Part shown: piece after piece, positions 1 to 64,000 of the stretch
Layout of the letters: every line of letters begins with the position of its first letter
How positions within the stretch are numbered: position 1 is the first letter of the stretch
Source: Hormiphora californensis
Taxonomy: Eukaryota; Animalia; Ctenophora
Assembly: GCA_020137815.1 (NCBI GenBank)
Contig: CM035358.1
Span: 4,030,001 to 4,094,000 of the forward strand
Length of the DNA: 64,000 nucleotides
Reading direction: 5' to 3'
The notes under the pieces: model-generated
Database searches by the model: none
The model's input: the letters and a program-made list of their open reading frames with translations, nothing else
What the model was told of the DNA's origin: nothing
Program-made: the position numbers and the translations under genes

Positions 1-1
1 C

Positions 2-97
<96 letters not shown>

Positions 98-110
98 TCT
101 CACTCTCCCT
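1..110. repeat. (CT)n/(GA)n microsatellite; many more at ~3225-3325, 16180-16270, 22680-22760, 23805-23846, 29785-30115, 31390-31468, 35080-35510, 36000-36060, 42480-42525, 46420-46470, 52235-52303
   Basis: Directly visible. Confidence 0.97.
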
Positions 111-111
111 G

Positions 112-556
112 CTACCTTGGTAGTAAATTCTCATAAAGCTCTTCTCTACTCCTCGTATTGTTTTTATGGTTATTGGTCCGTACTGGTGTGGGTGGTGGAC
201 CGGTGGAAGCTGCCCGATTACTAAAGTCCACCAGGTCATCATCGTCCTGGAATCGGGTAGTTGCCGAGGGGTAATCTCCCTCCTGTGGCACGTGATGCCC
301 ATATAAGGGTGGCCCCGTGTGATGGCGCTCAGGGTTCATTGAGAGGGGTGACCTACCCCCGCCCCCGCTAGTAGGGCGGTTCAGGGTGGCAGATCTGGGT
401 GGTGGCAGGACAGCTGCTGGGGATCCGTTCCGGGTTAGTGTCCGGGAGGCGCCCCTTGGTCCTGGTGTGATGGTGGGTGACCGGGGTAGAGAGTCTTCTA
501 CCAAGTTATTCTCGTCACTCACCGCTGTATCCCTCTCAATCCCATCTTCGTCGTCA
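112..556 (-). CDS. Putative terminal exon encoding a Pro/Ser-rich C-terminal extension of the RPTP (reachable by stop-codon readthrough)
   Basis: Acceptor ATTCCCTACCTCAG| at 557-559. 147 open codons (SDDEDG...PPPTPVR...EELYENLLPR*) in frame with the RPTP when spliced from the donor at 750. Confidence 0.55.
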
Positions 557-764
557 CTGAGGTAGGGAATGTGTTACAATGGGCGATCAGAGTAGAAGGA
601 GGAGAAAATATAAACATTAGATAGAGTACAGGTATAACACTACACCAAAACTAGGTCACAGTCGCTAAACTACCAATTGATCACTAATTGATTACTAATT
701 GATAAGTAATCGATAACTAATTGATTACTAATTGATTACTAATTGATTACCTGGGGCGAGATAG

Positions 765-44320
<43,556 letters not shown>

Positions 44321-44329
44321 TTTAGTAGT

Positions 44330-45685
44330 TATTCCATTAAACGAAGTTAAAGTTGTGCTGCCGCCACACAATTGTAAGTACAGATAGCAATGAATTTCAA
44401 GACAAAATAAACAGTTTTTAACTTTTGAGAAAAGTTTTGTGACGCGGTAGGCGACGAAAAATAAAGTTTTGAATTTCCAAATTTTGTGTAAGTTGTAATC
44501 TGGGAATATGTCGCGCGTTCCGTTTTTATTCAACTTTTGCAGCGTAGTTTAAAACGCTCTGTTCGCGCGCGCGTAAATAAATTAGTGGAAGCTCTTTAGG
44601 TAATTCCCACGCCCCGTGGGAAAGTTTTCGACCGTGGGAAAGTTTTCAAAGCGTGGGAAAAGAGAGATACATACAATAACTAAGAAAAAACAATTTATTT
44701 TTTGTAGTTATTGTATGTATCTCTCTTTTCCCACGCTTTGAAAACTTTCCCACGGTCAAAAACTTTCCCACGGGGCGTGGGAATTACCGTAAGAGCTTCC
44801 ACTAAATTCAATTTTGTAACTTCAGTTTTTATTTGTCAAAAAAGCAAACTTCAAAATTCAAAACGAAAAATTGTAAATTACTGCGGAACGTTCAACGTAC
44901 CCCAAGATCATCCTCTGTTTGGCACACAGTGCACACACTGCACACACTGCACACAGTGCCTTCCTCGATACATGTTGCTTGCTTCTTATTTTGAACCCCC
45001 GTGTTACTAATTTTCGTTGCCTTAAGCCTCATCCTACTAGGGGCTGGCCGATTCGATCAACCTTTTAATAGAAATGTATTAGGATATTTGATCACTGATC
45101 CCCCCAGTAGGATGAGGGTTGAAACTTAAAATGGGCGCCCTTGAAAAAATTGAGAATTACCCAAATCTTGAGGCTAGCTCAGGTGCAGTTCTTAACTGAG
45201 ACTAAGACTCTGAAGAGAGAGTAAGGTAGTTTCTGTAGTTTATTTTATGTAAATCAAATAAAACTGTCTAACAGTCTAACTACAGAAACTACAGAAACTA
45301 GCTTACTGTAGTTAAAATATATCCAGGAAAGTTTCACTAAGAAAGCCCAGTTCTCACGTGTAGCCTATGTTGCATTTTACATGAGTTATAAATATAGATA
45401 CTATCACCATATCAAATAATTATCTGTCCAACTCTATCTGTGCAGTTGAGCAGGTTTTATTTAGTGTGTCGTCTTAATATATCACGCTCTTGTAGGTCCT
45501 AGGAACCCCGTATGAACATTGTCCCCGTAAGTGTGCATGGTGTGCTAGAATACCTACTTATAGCTGAAGCACATTTATATGTATCTATATCTCTCTCTCT
45601 CTCTCTCCTTCATTTGATCGAACTATAAACATGTAAAAGCTACTGATATCACATCCCCCACTCCATGTCTCCCTCCCCTCTATAG
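44330..45685. promoter_or_regulatory. Divergent (head-to-head) RPTP/vasa intergenic region, candidate bidirectional promoter
   Basis: Start codons at 44320 (-) and 45686 (+). CGCG cluster at ~44510-44572. The vasa ATG directly follows a pyrimidine tract+AG, implying an upstream non-coding exon or a trans-splice acceptor. Confidence 0.5.
44578..44808. repeat. Palindromic MITE-like element between the divergent genes
   Basis: TAGTGGAAGCTCTT..GGTAATTCCCACGCCCCGTGGGAAAGTTTT repeated in inverted orientation with a short central spacer. Confidence 0.8.
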
Positions 45686-58432
<12,747 letters not shown>

Positions 58433-59744
58433 AGAGATACTAGACCCACCATTGGTAGAGATATTGGGAGAGATATCTCTACCCATCAGTGTAAACCCCA
58501 ATGAGCAATACATATATCAATCAGAGACTATGTAACAGTGTGTGAGAGAGAAACATAAGGAAACATAAATTTCCTTATTTCTCCCTGCATGGGACTCGAT
58601 TTTTTTATACAACAAATGTTAATGTCAATGTGTGCCGATAATTAGTAGGCCCAGAGAGCGTGTGAAAGAAAGACTTTCCGTGATCTTTTGAAGGGAAAAT
58701 GATCAATTTGAACTGCATGATATTTGTGATTACAAGCGCCATCAAGATCTCAAATGCATCATCTTTTTTATTCTGACACCCTTCTTTAGATCACACCATG
58801 TTTTCAATCAATTGTTTAACTTTTACAAATTTCCCTGGTAATCCACCCTGTAAGAATTATTTAATTTTCTTATTTTAACCACAAAAAACTACTCCTTTTT
58901 AATTTGACCAGCTGGCGAGCCACGCCGCATCGATCACTTCCTGGTGTGACGTTTGTATCCGAAAATAAGCATGAATTCCTGTGACAGTGTATCGGGACTC
59001 TTACCGCGCGCCACAGAGTTCTCGGCACGCGCGCTGACTACAATTGTTTACCGGTTCGGCGGCCGCGCCTGCACATCATACAGACTTGCAATAATTGGGA
59101 GACATTGGATAGGCTGTCGTGAGCCAGTAATTTCCCTGTGGTCTGCTTTGTTCGACCCTCTCTTTCCCCGTGCCCCGGAACATAGTAATTACCCTGTGGT
59201 ATTTCCTGCCAGCAGCATGCGAGGTAATGTTAGGGCGAGGGATAATGTTAGGGCGAGTAATATGCTTTCTCAAATATAAAGCTTTCACAGATACACTCTA
59301 TAATATTCATTCTATGTAGGTAGTAGGGTCCACAAGAAAATGAAAAGACCATGTTTTATGTAATTTGTTAAACATCACATTTGGTTCATTTGTTAGACAA
59401 ATAATAACCCTGGTGAACATCGCACTACTCATTCAATCAAAAAATAGCTAATAGCTAACAAATATCTGATTTATTCTTAGACTCATTGATATTTTGTAAT
59501 AGAGGCAATAACAGAAATACATTTGTCATTCGTTAAAATACATATATCTGGTTTAAAAAGTCTCGCTGGTTATGAGTGTCGATTATAATAGTTAATTATT
59601 AGTGAATCACACGAAATTTAAAAAAAACACCAACTAAATTCTGGTTGGGGATACTGATATTTGTCTGGACTGGTCAAGTTGATCGGGCACTAATAACACT
59701 ACTAATTAGTAGTACTACCCTGGGAGGCGAACACTGGATCTGAA

Positions 59745-62700
59745 CTACACGAAGTAAGCAATATCTCTAAATGATTTATGTCGCTGTACAGAGATATCAT
59801 TTTCAATTCGTTCAATATCCGGGCACCCATTGTACCAGTCGATGTTTCTGATTCCATTCAGCAGAGTCCGGGCACGGGCACACAACAAATGGGCGTAGTA
59901 TGTGGGTGCTGGGTAAGATACTGATCGGGTACACCGGGCGTAGGTGTGGCAGAGATAGTAGGTGAGGAGTTGAATCATATCGGGGGACAGGTTGCTGTCG
60001 TCCCATAGCACTGTGTAGTGGGCGGGCCTGTTTGTTCCTGAGAGGGGAGGGGGTGTTAGTGCTGTATAGTGGGCGGGCCTATTGGTTCCTGAGAGGAGGG
60101 GTATATTTAGTGGATAAAACACATGAATAGAGACCCGCTAGCTTATAAAGATGGAAATGTCATTGCCATGAGAATAATAATGTAATTAGTGACGCCCTAA
60201 TAAAAACCGATGAAGTTAAATATCGATGTCACTCGGAATATATTTTTATATGTCACAAATTGCATATACCGATGATGCCAGCATGGCTGTTGAGGTAGAA
60301 ATCGAAGAAGATAGGATGGGTGATCTCTCTATCGACCACAGTTCCAGGCGGCAGGTTACCGGACCTGAAGTATATGGAGGGAATGTTATTCAATAGTTGT
60401 TATTCACTCCTGTCTAGCTTCTGTGTCTTCTCTTGTCTAGCTTACACGCATATTCTGTGCTATGTACAATAAAGGGTCTGGAGAAAACTAGACAAACACA
60501 CTCGGAGGATGAATTAGGAAATTGGGAGAAACACAGTCTATTGTGACAAGTGAAACAAGGTTTTACAAAATCACTTGTCACAATAGTTCAGCTCTCCGCA
60601 TCCCCGGATCGAGCACTCTACAGGATACAAACTTCTAAATCTAACTAGAGAAACACAGTCAACTGTTTCCACCAACCTGTCAGCATCCCTTCTATCCGCG
60701 ACATAAAGCCGAGTATGATGTCTCTTCTGAGCAGTGATATACGTTATTGATGGCGTGTACCCGTCTTCTAACTCCTGTTCAAATGAAGGAAAGTTTGTGA
60801 ATTCGAACGCAGTTTTGGAAGAGATGAAAAACTACCACGGTAAGAAAAAGTGTCGAAACTCTACCACTTGGCTATCATCATGCAAATACCTTGCCTAGCT
60901 AGACTGTGTTTCGCGTGCCCCGCCCCCGAAACACCTTTCCTTTACAAATTTGAATGTAAAGGGAGGGTAAGAACATAACAAGCAAATACCATCATGCCCA
61001 CATTTCGGCACGATTCATGAAGGCCAGTATTTTGCAAAATATTAATTTCGAATCATTACCTTGCATGCTGCTTGTATACCGGCTAACTCCTCCGTCAGAG
61101 TTTGAACAAATTGACCCTGGGACACCCCGTCCCGATAGTACAATATCTTCTGTGGCTTCACATCTGAGGGAGGGGAGGGTTGTGTATTACCTTATTACCT
61201 CTATATAACGGAACCTTCTATTAGCGTACCTTTAATTAACGTACCTTTAATTAACGAAAATCAGTTTGGGCGAGCAAGGTTCCGTTAAATAGAGGTAATA
61301 AGGTAGATAGAGGGAGGGGAGGCCGGAGGGTTGTGTATTAGATAGAGGGAGGGGAGGGTGTGATAGTGCTTCATGTTAGTAGTAGAAGGGACGTAAAGAG
61401 AGATAGAGGGAGGGGTGGAGAATGGAGATAATGCATGTGTCGACAATATTTGTTAGGCTTTGAAGCCTCTCCCCATCATAGGGACAAAGGAAAGAGAGAA
61501 AGGGCAGAATGAAAGGTCTCCGACCCCGATCACAGGGACAAAGGAAAGAGAGAGAAAGGGCAGAATGGAATAATCAAGACCTCCGACCCCCATGACAGGG
61601 GGCTACTCAATGGGCTACTCAATGGGATAAAGAGTTGTCTTGCTCGGAGAGACGGACCTTTATTATAGTGGCGGAACTCCAGAAGTAGATCCTTGACAAT
61701 GTCTTTGAAGTTTCGGATTATTTCGTCTGAGGTACGGCCCCTCTCATGCCTCTGGAGTTTTAACCGTGATGCGTATCTGAAGAAGGGGTCAACAGAGTTT
61801 GATAATGCCATCATAAGAGACAGAACAACAACAAAGAGTTTGAAATAATTAATGTTACACACACACACACACCTGCTGCACTTCTCGTCAAGAGTATAAC
61901 ACACGACACCTATAACAGCTATTATATGTAGAGGGCTTTATATGCCCAAATATGGTGTCATGTCACGTGACAACCATATTTGGGAATGTGATTATTTCAC
62001 CTACACACCTGCTACACTGTTGGTCAAGAGTACACACGACACCTGCTATAGAGGGTTTCCCACCGTCATCTGAGGGAGGGGGAGATGGTGGTCAGATGTT
62101 GAAAAAGAGTTGAAACTTGTATTTCATGAGAAAGAGAGCTGCTGCCATTTGTTTTCGAACAAAGAGGGGCCTCAAAATCGCGAGTGAGAGCATTATGATT
62201 AAAAATGTGTACTGCACGGATACACAAAGATTCCCCCTGCAGCAATTTGAAAACAGCAACAATACCCCCCAGGGCCCTATCTCTACTACTTCTACCTACC
62301 TCTGGTACTACGACTCAGCGATCCAAGCCAAACCAAACCAAACCTACCTCTGGTGTAGTCACGCAAAGACAGTGGGACACCCTGTACTACTACTACTACC
62401 TACCTCTGGTGTAGTGTGTGACGTCAGCTCCGATAATCATCACAGGAGTGTTGAATACCGTCTTACCAAGATTCTGAACTATAGGACTTTGAGTAAAGGT
62501 CATCTGCAATGAAAGAAATGTGATTAGGAGGTTAGGTGTAACACACTATATGCAACCCCTGGTAATTACCCCTCAATGCGAGCGGTTATACAGCGTAATA
62601 GGGATGACATCGTAACTAAGTTCAACTCTCGGTGGGTAAAACTAACCTCCCAGTTCACTCCACCCAGTTTGTTATTACTAACCTCCCAATTCACTCCACC

Positions 62701-63449
62701 CAGTTTGTTATTTGTCTTCAGGAGGATGTTTCCTATCGTCATGGGGTTGAACTTTCTAGCGAAGGTGCCTAGAGGGAAGGAGAGAAATCTAATTGACGGA
62801 ATATTGATGAGATCATTCATCATGTCGGTTGCAACAACAGTGTAAAGATATCTCTCCGATTCAGGATTCTACCCTCACACAATAATTGAACCCCACCCTG
62901 CTTACCAAGTTTAATGCACTGAGTAACAATCCCAAACTCTATTTCACAATTCTTCGCATCTGTATAGGCCGCTGTAGTGAACTTCATAGGCAGGATCACG
63001 TACAGGAATGTGATGGGAAAATTCCGGGTCATCTGTTTAACCACTGATCTAAAGTCCTGCTCACGACAGTACCGCACAGAAAGAGGTTCTCTAATCTGCA
63101 TCCCCATCTTCTGGGCTTCTCTACACATTTTATCGTAAAATTCCTTTCCTTTCACTTCGTGTTGCCCCGCTAGACAGATGAGCCCCCAGGAGCCCAGGGA
63201 AACTCCCCGGTTCATACGGGCATTCCTCCACACCCCGTCCCGAGGTGTGATTTTTTGATCATACTCGCAGTATACCAAGGTAGGTGGTGGGAGAACTCGA
63301 CCCTTCACCTTGACAGGCCGGGGATCAGCTTCAAAACCGTATTTTCTGGCGATGTCTCGGCCCATGTCAAACAGGTTCTTAGCAGATCTGTCAACCACTT
63401 CTTTTTTGATATGAGGCTTCTTTGCAGATGTTTTGATAATCTTAGCAAT
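59745..63449 (-). CDS. Argonaute, AGO clade (L2-MID-PIWI portion; 5' part lies outside the window)
   Basis: Exons 63449-62906, 62768-62683, 62503-62404, 62069-62009, 61776-61658, 61163-61060, 60774-60677, 60364-60270, 60037-59745. Motifs [67 protein letters not shown]-terminal YFV*. Confidence 0.95.
61188..61306. mobile_element. Short MITE (TA flanks)
   Basis: TACCTTATTACCTCTAT..AACGGAACCTT...AAGGTTCCGTT..ATAGAGGTAATAAGGTA. Confidence 0.7.
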
Positions 63450-63478
63450 CTGAAATGAATAACTAGTTAGCTCTTAAT

Positions 63479-64000
63479 CAGGAAGCGACCGAATATTCGG
63501 TTCGGTTCGGTTCGGTTCGGAAATTCGGTGTTTTTTGGGCGGTTCGGTTCGGTTCGGTTCGGTAGGAAATTTTGGCCGAACCACCGAATTTTTTGGTCAA
63601 AAAATGCCCAGAAATCGGGCTTTTTCATGCAAAATTTTTCAATTATTTCACGAAAATTGTATGGATTTCAATGTCAATTTCGCCGTATTAACCCTATTTC
63701 GAATCGGTGGTGCTACGTGGAAATGATTTCGCTAGTTAGCGGGTTCGATATGGATTGATTTGATACCTGACTTCCCGTCAAATCGTGTCCTCATGAGAGG
63801 GTCAACAAATTCAGAAACTTTTTTTTCAAAAAATTCATGGAGAGCACCGATCAAGGTGTTAAGAACCATTCTCTGAAATTTTGTAAAAAAGTTTGGAAAA
63901 TATTTCAAAGTCAATTTTATGGAAAATTTTCTATGTCAATTTTTGCGTACGAATCGTGTTTCGAATCGGTATTGCTAAGCGGGAGTGATGTTGCTAATTA
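63479..64000 (+). mobile_element. Left end of a longer hAT-like element related to the MITE
   Basis: Starts CAGGAAGCGACCGAA (one mismatch to the MITE TIR), followed by TTCGG arrays; runs off the window. Confidence 0.55.

Noticed and set aside
59745-63449. Piwi-clade assignment because of the vasa neighbourhood
   Set aside because: GADVTH, QKRHHTR and RCTRSVS motifs are AGO-clade.

Overview
Intron-rich animal genomic DNA, most likely from a cydippid ctenophore (Pleurobrachia/Hormiphora-like). That assignment is inference from a recurrent ~109-bp hAT MITE and the gene architecture, not proof. There are three host genes. (1) A ~50-exon type IIa (LAR-like) receptor tyrosine phosphatase on the minus strand (44320->765; 7 Ig, ~8-9 FN3, TM, D1+D2). 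(2) vasa on the plus strand (45686->58432), head-to-head with the phosphatase. (3) The 3' half of an AGO-clade Argonaute with an intact DEDH tetrad on the minus strand (63449->59745), tail-to-tail with vasa. Three small secreted-protein genes are nested antisense in introns: a CAP/SCP-like protein (3383-4185), a neuropeptide-precursor-like protein with 10x QDYNYAG plus a terminal QDYDYGK (25176-25670), and a 10-Cys Ly6/three-finger protein (53623-53043). Other notable observations: the phosphatase stop codon lies in a UGA-CUA readthrough context and continues in frame across a splice junction into a ~150-aa signalling tail; D1 has a degenerate active site; there are frame-preserving candidate microexons; tandem 'echoes' of splice sites occur throughout; and there are many TIR/foldback elements, including a poly-G-capped family with 8-bp TSDs. 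Exon coordinates were read by hand and may be off by a few nt.
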